Below the pieces are notes generated by a model. It searched no databases. It worked only from the letters and a program-made list of their open reading frames with translations, and had not been told where the DNA came from. From the NCBI GenBank assembly GCA_010015805.1, contig ML978133.1, positions 248,001 to 312,000 on the forward strand: a stretch of DNA of 64,000 bases, in the 5' to 3' direction. A program made the translations under genes and the position numbers. Shown one piece after another: positions 24,832-37,638 of the stretch (positions within the stretch are counted from its first letter, which is position 1; each line of letters starts with the position of its first letter). The DNA comes from Rhizodiscina lignyota (taxonomy: Eukaryota).

Positions 24832-26128
24832 ATGCAAATGCCCCCCCTCAAAGCTCACACAGAACAGCTAACCGCGTTCTCAAGTGGTGTGCGAAATGCA
24901 CTTGAATCGCCGCTCCTCCGACTCCCTGCAGAAGTCCGCATGCAGATATGGAAGTACGTGTACAGCGGGCACGTCGTCGACGTCGAGGAGAACCGCAAGC
25001 CGAACACCAGGCGGCTGGTGTTCGCGCACAACATCTGCAACAGCGACCCGCTGTGCACCATCACGAAGCTGTTCCGCGACATTGCCGCTGGCCGGCGCGT
25101 GCGCGTGACGAGCAACGAGAACATCTCGTGCGCGCTGCAGGGCAAGCGAGGCCGGCTGCGCTTCGCGCTCTTCTTCGTGTGCAGGCAGATCTACCGCGAG
25201 GCGAGGCTTCTGCCGTACTCGGAGAATGCGTTCTTCTTCTGGAATGCGCAGGTGATGTACGATTTCATGACGGAAGTGAGACAGAAAGAGCAGGTGGCTG
25301 CGATTGTAAGTTATCTTATATCTTGTACAGCGTATGTCGCCCCGCCTTCAATGCCCAAGGAACTGGACGGATCGAGACTGTTCGCACCGACCGTGAGCTA
25401 TGAGAGAAATATAGAGGCCCGTAGCGACTGTGTAATGTCTCCAACACGAGCGGAGAGGACCTGGGCAAAGCGAACGTACGCAAATTCAAGAGCTCGAGAC
25501 ATCCATCTTAAAAAATTTGAGTGCACATTCCAGCTCCTGTTTATGCACAACAGGATCAGGGATCTCCATAATTTTCAGCAGTCCGTGTAGTGAACCATGA
25601 TGGCCTCAGAGCACAGCGGTTAGCAAAACATGCTCCATCCATCGCACCATCAGGACTCAAGCTGGGTTGGAGATAGGTTGTAGCGCGCTGGCTGCCTGGC
25701 GAACTCTGCTGATTTGTTCTGTGTTCCAGAAAGAGATTGCCGTCGTCGTAGAGGTTGGAAAGATGCTCAGCCTGAGAGACAGCCCGCCGCATTATTGGGA
25801 CCAGAGCAAGGTTGGCGACCTGGTGAAGCTACTGACCAATCTGAGGTGCTTAGATCTGCTGGTGAGGATACCGGTCGAGCACGTCATTCGCGTCAACGAC
25901 CAGCAAGGGAACTGGAAGAGCCATCAGTGGGTATCTGGCGTGCTCAAGCTGAGGGAGGCCGGTCTGAAAGAGGTCCACGTTGTAGGGCATCTGAGTAAAG
26001 ATGCAATGAGGATGAGGGCTGGAGATTTTGCCGAGGGTGAAGAGGCGCTTCGTCGACACTACCAGTTGACCGATGAAGATGTGAAGAGTTACGCAGAAGG
26101 GTTGGAAGAGGCTCTATTGAGTGGGTGA
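24832..26128 (+). CDS. Hypothetical fungal protein with N-terminal F-box-like motif; 2 exons (24832-25305, 25730-26128)
   Basis: SPLLRLPAEVRMQIWKYV and VCRQIYREARLLPYSENAFFF motifs; GTAAGT donor at 25306 and CTGAT...CAG acceptor ending 25729 join QVAAI|KEIAVVV in frame. Confidence 0.65.
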
Positions 26129-26770
26129 TTTCATTTGATTGTGAGTAAGTTCCATGATTTAGAGGTACCCATCACTTCCTCCAGCCCTTCGTGTCTCTTC
26201 CACCACCACTCCTATGATAGCAGAATCGAGCACATCAAACGCAAGATTTCAATGGTCCACTTTTCTGTAGTACACTCCAAAGAATGTACACCTAAGCCTT
26301 CAGAGATAGTCCTGCTCACCTTAAAATTCAAGAGCTGTTCGCCTTTAAGCGTCCCGGCGACCAGATATTTGAATTTTGTCCCCTTGGAGGAGAGCAAACA
26401 AAGCCAGTCACTCCGAGCATTGGTCTCACGCCAGATACACCAAAAAGTAGGATCGTATGAATAATAAGGTAGGATTCTTCGGTGCTGGTGGCCAGCTTGG
26501 CCAGTCCAGCTCTCGCAGCGGGAGAAATGGCTTGTACCGCGCGCTATGTTGAACCTTTGAGCACTGGATTTCTGGGATGCCACCCGTAAGAGAGTCAGTT
26601 GTGGTGAAATGGTGGTGTTGTAAAACCATGACTTGGAGTCTCAACGCACGTCCTTTCGCCTAAGCTCCTTTCCACGAAGTTGTCCAGCCGCGATGATGTG
26701 ACGGCCGCACATCGGCCGCATCAGCTCTGGGACAGCTGTCGATGCTGGAAGAGGCAACGTGAAGTGGGAT

Positions 26771-27443
26771 CTATCCCGCCATCGGATTCGCGTGAATCGT
26801 CACGGATTCAATCTTCACGTTCTCCTTCGTACGCCCCTTGGAATCTACCTCAACGCCTTCAATCTTCTCCAGAGTCTCCATGCCATCGTCCCCAATGACA
26901 CGACCGAAAACGGTGTTCTTGTTGCATGTGAGCAGTTGCGCTTCTTACTTTAAAATCAGAAGTCAATATTTACCTTTCCGTCTAAATGGGGTGCGGCGGC
27001 GAGTGTGATGAAGAATTGACTCCCATTAGTATTAGGGCCTTTGTTGGCCATACTCACGATGCCACGGGAACTGTGACGGAGCGCAGGTCGTATTTCATCT
27101 TCGAACGTGTCATTCCAGATGCTGATGGATTTTTTCGACTTAGGGTCGGTTGCTGGGGAGCCGGTTTGGATAATGAAATTTGGAATGATGCGGTGGAACG
27201 GGCTTCCATCGTAGACACCAGAGGCGCACAGAGCTAGAAAGTTCTACAGGTACATTAGCAAGATGCGATGGCGATGCCTCAGCATGACGACTACCTCTGC
27301 GGTTTTGGGTATGCTCTCACAAAATACCTCAATCTTGATGTCGCCGTGAGTGGTTTTTAGCTGGAGTGAGGCAGTCAGCGACTCAGCGGAGGGCGAGATT
27401 AGGAAGACGGCGGCACAGGCGGAGGACTGACAGTGACGGACAT
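26771..27443 (-). CDS. Cyclophilin-type peptidyl-prolyl isomerase, PPIL3/Cyp10-like, 4 exons
   Basis: MSVT|LKTTHGDIKIEVFCESIPKTAE|NFLALCASG..FHRIIPNFIIQTG..SMANKGPNTNGSQFFIT..HLDGK|NTVFGRVI..VTIHANPMAG*. Confidence 0.92.
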
Positions 27444-28355
27444 GGCTGTTGTCTTGGCTGGGTGGGTTGGCGTTGGCAGCGACTTTGCCCCATTGTCCGC
27501 GTAGGAATGTTTGCTTGCGTGTTCGTGATCCCGCCCCAGCTGCAGCCTTATGAAAGGCAGTGCAGCGTTGTTTCTGACGTGCGGTCCGGAGTACAGGTAC
27601 GTACATATACACCTCCAGGCCAGAGGCGGGCCGGGGTGTGGATGCTCGCCAAGCCTGAGATTCCGCGCTGCTTGCTCGCTGGCTGGCTGCGCGGACGAAA
27701 GTGAACCTACCTAACAACACGCAGCTTACGAACGCTCTCCCGAACAAATCGCGCGCCCACGCTCCCTACTAATTCTCCGCAGCATACCTATTCAGCTTCC
27801 CCAGCGGCGCGCATAGCTTCACCTCACTTCGCCCAAAGCCTGCCTGCTTCGGCGCTGAGGAGCTCTCGATCGTCCAAGCGTCAGACCCCGTCAGCCTTTG
27901 GGGGCACTTTCGAACCCTTCGCCCACGATACCTACTCGCCGTCCTCGCCTAGAAGCGCAGGCGTGTATCCGTCAGCCCTACGGCCGCCTCTGGCGCTCTG
28001 CACATCCCGTCTGGACAGCCCGACGTCTCGACAGAGTATAAAGTCTAGCGCGAGCGCTGCCCGCCGCTGCAGGAGCCTCGACCAAGTTACGCGGAGAATT
28101 GGTCGAAACGGGTAAACCACGCAGGGCGCTCGGACGGGGAGAGCTGGTCTACGCATACGAAAGTCACGGACCGCATCACCAATCTACATCGCCCATTCCC
28201 CAAGTGCGGCGCAAGCAGCGATACGACGCGGTTGTAGCTTTGGGGGGTATGAGCTTGACGCTGGTATCGTGGATACGACACGCTCGACGGTAGAAGATCG
28301 CGCGCGCGCGCTCTGTGGAAGAAAGAGAGGTGTGGAGGACTGTTGATAGCCTACC

Positions 28356-29681
28356 ATGGCGGCTTTCGTGCGGGTCTCAGGCCCGCCGAATAGCAACTTC
28401 CTCGTTGGCTATCCCGGCATATCTGCGACTCTGGTATATCTACTTACCTTATTGAAGCATGGCGTTGGTCTTAGCTAACAGGCATCTGCAGCCTCGAATA
28501 GAAGGCAAGGTTGAAATACGCTCAGCAGTCGGCTACTCTGCACCCGTCAACATCTCCCTCGTCACTATCGCATTACACCGCCGAGAAACAATACATCCCT
28601 CTGCAGACTCCATGACCAAGAAGCACCTCGCCGCGCCGAGAAAGGAGATAACGGACATTGTGGGCAAGGAGATGCTGTTATACCGCTGCGCAGGCGGAAA
28701 GGAGTTCGAACCAGTATTATCCATGGACTTGCCATTTGTTATATTCATACCATACGGAAGAGGCGGTGAAGAGGTGGCACGGAGAGTACCTCCAGCAAGT
28801 CTACAACTCCCCTCACGGACAGCGGAGACTTTCTACGAACTGGTCGTCACAGTCCAGCAGGGCGCGCAGAAGCAGGACAAATTCTCATTTCCCGTACCGA
28901 TATCAAGATACGATACCCTCTCGACATTCGGCATGTACAACCGCCCGGAAAGCGCTGAGCGCGTCACAGATCATCTCGTTACACTCGGCATATCATTACC
29001 ACGCTGGAGTTACGGCCCTCTCGATCCTGTCTCCGTCTACATTCGGTTAAGTCCGAATCCAGACTGGTTGAACAAGGCGAAACGCGTCACTATCCAGAAG
29101 ATCACTGTTGGCATAGACGAGGAGGTCATCTATAATCATGAGGGGGACGAGCCGACAAGAAAAGTCAAGACTCTGGCGAAGACGACGCAGGCAGTCGGAG
29201 TAAAGATGCCTGAAGCAGGCTATTTCACGAATCTTGGGCTGGTATTCCCGGCGCAGGATCGAAGAGATAGCGATGGCATCATCCCGCGAGGAAAAGCTGC
29301 GTTTCCCATGTATGCGGTGAGCGGCTTCACGACAACAGGGACGTTGTACAAAATTGAATATTATCTTACTGTCAAGGTATGTGCCATTTCTACATTTCTG
29401 GGTAGGAATTTGTAGTAGCCCTCGTTGACTTTACGAAGGCACAAATGTCATCAGCAAGAGACATCCTCTTGAGACAGCGCATTGTCGTGTGTCCGTTCGA
29501 CCATGCGGGTTGCAAAGAAGAAATGGAGGCAATCGAGCAAGCAGCAAAGGATGCAGCTACCGTCAGCCCTGAGGACCCAATGTTACCAGCTAGCACGATC
29601 GTTCGCGCCAACGAGAAAGATGGATTGAAGGTCTTGGGCATGACGATGGTAGGGGGGATGCGGAAGCCCTTGATCGATTGA
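28356..29681 (+). CDS. Arrestin-domain protein, 3 exons
   Basis: MAAFVRVSGPPNSNFLVGYPGISATL|PRIEGKVEIR, MDLPFVIFIP, TTGTLYKIEYYLTVK|AQMSSARDILLRQRIVVCPF. Confidence 0.82.
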
Positions 29682-31413
29682 GCATGAAGAGCGCTTGGAT
29701 GTCACCCCGAAAATATGGCATTTTAAGGTCAGCTCAGCAGCAGTGAGGCTGCACGCAGTATCAGGCATCGATCGAACGTCGCAGATACAAAGGCAGTGTT
29801 TTGAAGAGGCATGGGACGTCCACGTGACAGAGTTTCAGACGGACCACTTCAACGCCTTTGTTCCAACTACTGCATGGACTGCTCGGCAGATAGCTAATTA
29901 CGCTCTACGGAATCTGTAGAGCGAGGCTACAGAGCTCGGCGGATCGGACATGTTTGTATTTCTCTTCCCACGCATGGCGGCGGCGTCTGTAACTGCTCCT
30001 GCTACTTCCCTTTCTGGATTGTCTTCGAGTTCTTCGAACCTTTTGGCTTCTTTGGCGGATCTCGACTTTACTATTACTCTTTTTTTTTTTGATCCGATCG
30101 CTTCTGGAGTTGGCGCGGCTTTGTGGGGCCCGCAACTCTCTTGGACCAGCGCGGCGCCCGCTCCCCGGAAAAGATACTCGAACTTGGCTTGGAATGGCCC
30201 GGAGCGGAGTGCAAGGAAACAGTGATACCACTTTCGTGTGCTGAGCAATTGAATTGAAATATATCAAATTTCAATGTGCCCTGCCGAATTGGGTGTATGT
30301 CGTGACCCAAACTACCCCTGTGAGCCTGGCTTAGGTCGAAAAGCTAGTTGGAAGCCTTGCTGTGTGGTAGTCTGGTTCGCTAAGCGCTTCGTGCTATCTG
30401 AATGTGATGTTGATAGCTGGTGGGTTTGTTCTGGTGTTTGCGGGCTGCGGATGTTGGCCGGCAATTTGGACAGGTGCTCGTCTACCATAGCTTTGACCGA
30501 TTGGTATTGAGAGCTTTGCGGACCGAATGTAGCGAGAGCATTGCGGAGATTTACTCGAAGCTACTGTGCTGTCAGTCATAATGATGCGAAATATTGACAT
30601 GGTCACTGGCATGGATGGCTCGATTAAGGATGCACGTGGAAGCACATACTGATATAAGCAGCTCTTCATCAGGTGTCATGCTGGTAACTTCAACCGAGGA
30701 TATACACTGTTCCCAACTTCCGGAATGTTGCACATAAAACGTTCGCTTTCACGAGATGAGGTGTGTCGAGGCGGAAATCTTGACCAGGGGTGGAGATCCA
30801 CAACTTTGGAAGAGAAACGGAATACGGTACGGAGGGCGATCCACCAAGCTACTCCAAATTCGGCTCAGAAAATACAATATTTGGCATTGTTTCGCTCCTT
30901 CCCGGCTTGGAAATTATAATCTCAAACATTATGACTCATTTCAACGCCTACGCTGTGGCACGGTGCGGATGTCGACCGATGGCGAAGAGTTTTCATTCGC
31001 TTGATACTGGCGGTTGAGTAGCAGTCGATTTCCACGGCATATCACATCTTGCGTACATCTCGTCATCATTCTGCGCGACCCAGAGTGCGGTCCCATTATT
31101 TGATATCAAATCTAACTACGGAGTACATCAGCGCCCATTTCCACCCAAGCCACCTCCTGCATGGCCAGTTTCACAGTCCCCATTCTACCCGGGGTCAAGC
31201 CTCCTCTCGCCGAACCATCTCGGCTTCTCTAACAAAAGACACAGTGACGTTCACTAAATACGACAGCACATACATACTTACGCCGAGTGTCAGTGCACTG
31301 TTCTCCCTGGATTCAATAACCTGCGGCACTTCCATGGCCAATTCGTCGAGTCATTCACCGCAACATTGGGCACGTTGACGGCGACGCTCAATGACAAGAA
31401 AAGTTTAATTCAA

Positions 31414-32575
31414 CTAAGCGAATATCCGAAGAGGGTAGTTCGGCAGATAGAAGCCGGGATCGTTAAACCGCAAGTTCTTATCCAGAGCCGATATGGATTC
31501 CAGCTCGCCAGCGGTCAGGTCGAACGAGATAACGTCAAGATTTTGCTTGAGCCTCTCGCTGCTGTTTGACTTTGGAATTACAGCAACATTCCTAGGGGAG
31601 GCCTTTCAGTCAGCGTGCCTGTCACTTGAGACGTCCGCTGACTTTACATACCTTTGCGTGGCCCATCTCAGCAGGACTTGAGCAGGAGTGACCCCGTGCT
31701 TCGCCGCGGCAGTCTTCACCGGAAGAGCATTGAACAGCAATGGGACATCGGCTGCTCGCTCACGAAATTTGTCGGGAAGTTCAAGAAACGATTGCGGCCC
31801 AAAGGACGAATATGCCGTTACAGCGATCCCATTTTCTTGTGCCATTTGAATGAGGTCCGGCTGTACTAGATACGGATGATGTTCGATCTGCAGCGACGAA
31901 ATTGGATGTCTCGCATAGCACAGGATATCGTAGAGCATCTGGGCCTGGAAGTTGCTTACTCCAATGCTCTTCGCGATGCCATCATCGACGAGCTGCTCAA
32001 GGCTTTCCCACGTTTCGCGGACTGGGACACAATCTGGGCTCACGGTGCCTTCATCGTCCATCCACCATGCCTGTTTGTTCGTTAGTATGCCGTGCTCTAC
32101 GAAGCTGCGCAGCAGTGCAGTAACTTACTGGATATCTTCGAACTTCTGGGTCAATGTACTTTAAGGCAGACGGGAAGTGGATCAAGAACAGGTCAATATA
32201 ACCCAAGCCCCAGGCATCATTTTGGGCCTTGGCCATCTTCAGCGCATGCTCTTTCCGGTGATAATTGTTCCACAGTTTGGTTGTTATGAATATATCTTCA
32301 CGTCGGACGAGACCATCGCTGATGGCACGTCGAATGCCTTCTCCTGCCTCTGCTTCATTTTGATAGTCGTACGCTCCGTCGAACAGTCTGTAGCCAACTT
32401 TAATAGCCTGGTTCAAAGAGCATTAATGGAATGTTTTCATCAAGTAGAACTCAGTTATAGAATTTCCTACATTGTATACGGTGTCGGCGCAAGTCTCTCG
32501 AGGTACTTTCCACAGTCCGAAACCAGCCAGTGGCATCTCGTGGCCCGAGGCGAGTTTGACTGTGTTTCTCGACAT
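31414..32575 (-). CDS. Aldo-keto reductase, NAD(P)H-dependent D-xylose reductase-like (AKR2B-like), 4 exons
   Basis: [98 protein letters not shown]. Confidence 0.92.
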
Positions 32576-33003
32576 TCTGATAGATTAAAGCAAGACGATT
32601 GGAACCTGTACACCCTAATTCTTTATTTCTTCGTTCCGTTTGTATATAAGAGGCTCCATCGCTTAGAATTCCGAATCGGGTCTCGGTGGCTATTATTGCC
32701 AAAACGGGCGTCGAAGTCTTCCCCGTGCCCGCCACAGTCAATTGCTTTGATAGTGCGAACCATTGTTGAGGCTTCCTCAGATCGCCGAAGATTTGGTCTG
32801 GCATTACATGGAATTTCGTCTCGTTTAAAGGAGTTATTTCCGTCCTTCAGATTTCTCCGCGTTTCGCGTTTGTGTGGGGAAGCCCCCCGGCAGAAATTTC
32901 CCGCGGCAATGGGAGCCACCACCTTCCAAGCGGAAGACTTGCCAACTCCTTCAATTCTTGCCCAGTTCTCAACTTCCAATCATCTCAGCATGCTCTCAGC
33001 TTG

Positions 33004-35104
33004 ATGCCTCAGAACGAAGCTCGTGTTGTCCGGAAACGAGCGCGGACTGGTTGCGCGAGATGTCGGCTCAGACGCCGCAAATGTGTGTAATGTCTTCGTC
33101 CCTGGAAAGCTCGCGCTGTCCTCTGTACTTACGTGTAAAATAGGCGGCGAGGAGAAGCCAAAGTGTCGCAATTGTATTGAGAAAGGGTTTGAGTGTAAAT
33201 ACAGCATACAATTGGCCTTCCACAAGCACAAGGCATTCACTACTGGGCCAGATGAAGCTCCTCCAGCTGGAGCTGTGGGAAGTTATGGCCCCATTAAAGT
33301 ATGAGGTCTCTATAGCCCATACTGGATGATATTGACCATTTACTGTTAGTTCGTAAATGACACTCCCGACAAGAGATCAAGGAATACGAGGTCAACGTCA
33401 GATGGTTCCTCCCGGACAACAACAACTGAGATTGATGTCGAAGAAGTCGGGATTGCGCCTGAACATTTATTACCTACATCCAGTGAAACTCAAGCATCTC
33501 CTACCAGTCAACAAGGCTTCAGAGGCGCTCAATTCGAGGATGTTTTGGATCTTCCTGAATCTATTACCACGGGCTTGGAACATCAAGAGTCTCCGCAACT
33601 AATACGGAGTCCATTGTCCCCGAATGACAATTTCACTCGACATGAATCGGCGGTACACGGTCTACTAGCACTGAGCAATCCGACAACCGATCAAGTTGAT
33701 ATTGGCCATGATCGTCCTGTCACGTCTGCCGGTAGCATTGATGCAATTCCAGAATACCAGCATTCACCGGTGACGGGCAGGAGCGGTTCCTTGGAGACGC
33801 TGCAGTCGTTGCAGACATTTCTATCAGCTCGTCCGCCTAATAAAGTTCATGCGGCAATTAGGCAAGAGTCGTCTGACAATTCCCAGGTGTCTCCCTCCTC
33901 AGAACGAACGGTGCAACTGTTCAGCCACTACAGGTATCATGTGGCACCATGGTTGGATAATTGTGATTTGACTCAGCAGTACGGTGTTCGAGTGCCACTC
34001 ATCGCGAAGGCGTCTGATCCCGTCCGCTTTGCAGTCATGGCGGTAGCTGCGAGGTCTCTTGGCCTGAGCGACCGAGCCCAAGGGACCATCGACTTTGAGT
34101 GCAGCAGGTATTGGAGTTTAGCTCGGGATTCACTCGAACGAAACCCTCTGCATTCAGATGTTGAGCGGCTACTGGTCCGTAGTTTCGAGGCCGTATTCGA
34201 TTTTACGACGCGAAGTTGCCATAGCTGGAAAGAGCTGATTGACGGTCTGAGACAAGATCTGGCTGCATTTCCATCTGTTGCGCCGGGTAGTGAACCCATT
34301 AATGCCATCTCATGGCTCCACTTGCGCTTAGGTAGAGTCGCCTCTTCGTTGATTTGGTTACCTTGTAAATTTGGGCTTCTCAAGCTGACAGTTACTTGTA
34401 TAGCCCTGGCAGCAGCACTTCTCGGAGGGGCCACTGTTAAAACTTCGGTAGCCTCTTCGTCTTCATTCACAAGACCTCCCGCAGTGCACAGTGCCGTGAG
34501 CGAAAAGCTGTCGGAGAGTGCCAACAATGTGCTTCTACTGTGCGCGCAAGTAACGAGGTTGCGGTACGGAGAAGACCATCCAAGCGGTTTTCAAGGAAAC
34601 CTTCGCGGTTGTACCCTCCTTGACACCTGGAGAGCATTTTGGGATGATCTGCAGCAATGGCACGACACTCAACCGCATGAGTTCCTTCCTGTTATCGAAA
34701 TAAGTGCGGAAACCTTTCAATACGACAGCAGCCTTCCTTTTTCAACTGTAGTGTTCTCAACTGGCGCAGCCATCTTTGCAAATCAGCTCTACCACACGGC
34801 GCTGCTTCTCTTGCTGCAATGCAAACCTCGAACACTGCGGCTCAAGGAACAGCGAGGGGCACCAATATCGCAGCTGTGGCATGCACAACGTATCTGCAGT
34901 ATTGCGATAAACAACGACAGCGGCGATAATTGGCACCCAACGCTGGTGGTATCACTTTTGCTTGCAGCAAAACTCATGACGCATGCTTCACAGCAGCAAG
35001 CGATCCTGCAGCATTTGAAGCATGTCAGGGCCATAACAGGATGGGAAATCCAAGATATCGCTCAGATCCTGGAGGAGGAGTGGCATCCAGCTGACGTGAC
35101 CTAG
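33004..35104 (+). CDS. Zn(II)2Cys6 transcription factor, multi-exon
   Basis: RKRARTGCARCRLRRRKC|GEEKPKCRNCIEKGFEC; C-terminal fungal TF domain (YRYHVAPWLD, ANQLYHTALLLLL, LWHAQRICSI). Confidence 0.9.
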
Positions 35105-35116
35105 GCGACTGTACTT

Positions 35117-36870
35117 TCAAGTAGCACCGCTGAGATTATAACCCCAGGCATCCTCGAGATCTGGAATGCGCCAGCAAACACCCCAGCCAGTGGCAGCTTC
35201 GATCGATCTAAAGAGCTTTACAAGCTGCGCATGCTCAGCCTTGTGACTGAGACGCTGACCTGCAATCCATAGTGGCTGGATGGCATTGTTGAGACAACCA
35301 TGGTGCTGATTTGTCCAAGATATTCCGCAGATACGCCTCGCATGCCAGAGCTCTGAGCTTACATTCCCCTTTCCGAGCTCGACAGCTTTCGGGGCAGTAC
35401 TGAGCAGGAGAATGCAGGCAGTGTGATACAGCTGATTGGACGAAATTGCAGCCCAGTGCCCGAACAGAATTTGAGGGAAGGGCTTGCTATCCACGTTGTG
35501 GATGGGAACCATGTCGGCAGGCCGGTCAGCGGTCCATGCTTGAAGCTCGTTCCAAAGCCATAACCAGGTGCTCGCAAAATCGTGGGCATCGCAGCCATTC
35601 TCTTCTCCAAGTTCGACGTACTTTGTGCGCCGAGCTAACAAGTGGCATACCCTAGAGCAGAGATATACGGCGTAGTTGGCATGCATGTCGGAACTTCCAG
35701 AAGCATGGAAATGGTGGCGGAGATCATCGTCTCGCATGCCAGGTGGAACCCAGTTCTCTATCCTCAGTAGAGTGCTCTCAGTGCCATCCGAAATTAGTGC
35801 ACCACAGAGGTCTGCAGCACCATTAGCAAATAGAACAATACGATAGAGACATTTTCCTAATATTAGCGCTCACCCATCCTTGCATAACACCAAAAGACGG
35901 CTTGATCGATTCCACCGCTCAGGCCATTAATGTCGAAAGCTTCAAACAAGGCAGCACATCCTTCAAGATGGCGGCGCCAGTCTTGCGCGCTAGCAGACAT
36001 CATTTCCAGGCAGCAAAGAATAACACAAGCTGGAACGACACTGGGGTCACGAGCCTGGAGGAGAGGGGGAAGTCGGCGTATCGCTTCTTGATATAACTCG
36101 AGGCTGTCAAACGACGAGCCCGGTCGTGATATGCGCTCCATTTGTCGTGCCGATATGGCCAATATTGCATATAGCAGCGCTGGAGAATGTCGAGCTAACG
36201 TTGGAAGTTGGATACCGAATGTTCGTTCGGCATCAAACATATCGAGCTGTGAGGAGAGACATTAGCTTAGAAGTATATTGATTAAACATTGACCGGACCA
36301 TACCCAAGGGGCAACAATTCCGATATACTTTCTAAGATACTCGATTCTTTTAGGAGTTGATATCACATCTTGCATGATATTGTGGGAAAACAGTCCGACT
36401 TCGGACTTTGTGCCCTCGAGCACGGGGCTTGCAGCGCGCGTAGGTGCGTTGGACTGGGCATGATAGAAAAGCAACGAGCGCAATTCCTGTTGCGACGCGA
36501 GAAAACTGGGATCAAATGCAAACTCATCGAAGGTTGCAATAGTGAAGGGCGAGTGAAATGACTCGGCCATCTCGAGGCTGAGCGACGTTGACGGATCTAT
36601 CGTCTGATCTGTTTGGTGTCGGTCCAGCGCGCTGATGGTCGAGGCAGCATAGTTCGAGTCATTGGAGCGAGCTGTAAATGCAGAGGTTATAGACTCCTGT
36701 AAATTGCCGGGCCTTTCGTGAGGCGAGGGTATTGGATTGTGATAGATTGTTGAATGTGGAGAGGTCGCGTCGGCCTCTGCAGCCCGTCCACTCGGGTCAG
36801 GGGCGGCGGGTGGTTGCGTATGCCATATTGGTAAATCTTCGCCGCTGCTTGGAGTAGGAGTAGGCATCAT
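35117..36870 (-). CDS. Fungal transcription-factor-domain protein with no visible Zn cluster, at least 3 exons; 5' end uncertain
   Basis: YIGIVAPW|LDMFDAERTFG, LLYAILAISARQME, DWRRHLEGC, FWCYARM, ISSNQLYHTACILLL, LWHARRICGIS; paralogous in its C-terminal motifs to the convergent TF. Confidence 0.82.
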
Positions 36871-37638
36871 GTCTGGATGCCAGTTGGCCTCCGACTCTCA
36901 GAACTAGATGCCTCAGATTTCTAGTAGAAGAGCAGTGTGAGAAAAGTTTGTTTGTGGCAATTGCTATTGGGGGCTATTAAATGGGACAAAGTGGCCGCGC
37001 CCATGTTCTAACTTGGTTCATCGATATCGTACAGCCTCGTTGACTCAGCAAAAATACTCTATTCCCGGCTCAACTTCGGCCGAACTGGCTCATACCCTGC
37101 ATATGCTACTGGAAAATGTCAAATCTACGCGACGTGTTGAGGGAGACTGAGTTCCGTGCTGCGCGGTGAACAGACTCCAGGTACTGTAGCATCAATCAAA
37201 CTCGCGCCGTAATGTAGAAACTCCAGGTCTGTTCTTTGTGTATGAGGCAGAGGCAATAAGGCGAAGAAAGCATGACTGCCGTCTAAATGGTGGCTGAATC
37301 TACAGGCTGATGGATTGGCTGATACACGAAGTAGCTGCATGAAGCTGGATTGACCAACAAATACTTTCTCCGGAGTTATCTTTTTTTAGTGGCAACTTCG
37401 GTGAATCCCAACCCCGCACATTTTCACTTTCAGCTTCAGCCTTACGATTTTTGTTCACTTCTCGACCGTCCTCCAACCTTGCTTATTCCTTGCTATCGCT
37501 CTAAGGTCTCTGGTCTTAAGTACGGCGGAGTCTTTGGTTCATTACAAATAACAAGTATATAAATTAGGCTACAAAGGCAACGATTGCTGCTCAGGAACTC
37601 GGATTCAAAGTTAATTTGCATCGTATATTCTATGAGAG

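Noticed and set aside
29898..30310. Overlapping minus-strand ORFs around an 11-nt T run (30080-30090); also considered as an snRNA
   Set aside because: No family motif recognised; lacks the U2 branch-pairing GTGTAGTA sequence or other snRNA hallmarks
32177..33004. 275-aa + strand ORF
   Set aside because: Antisense shadow of the AKR gene plus promoter sequence
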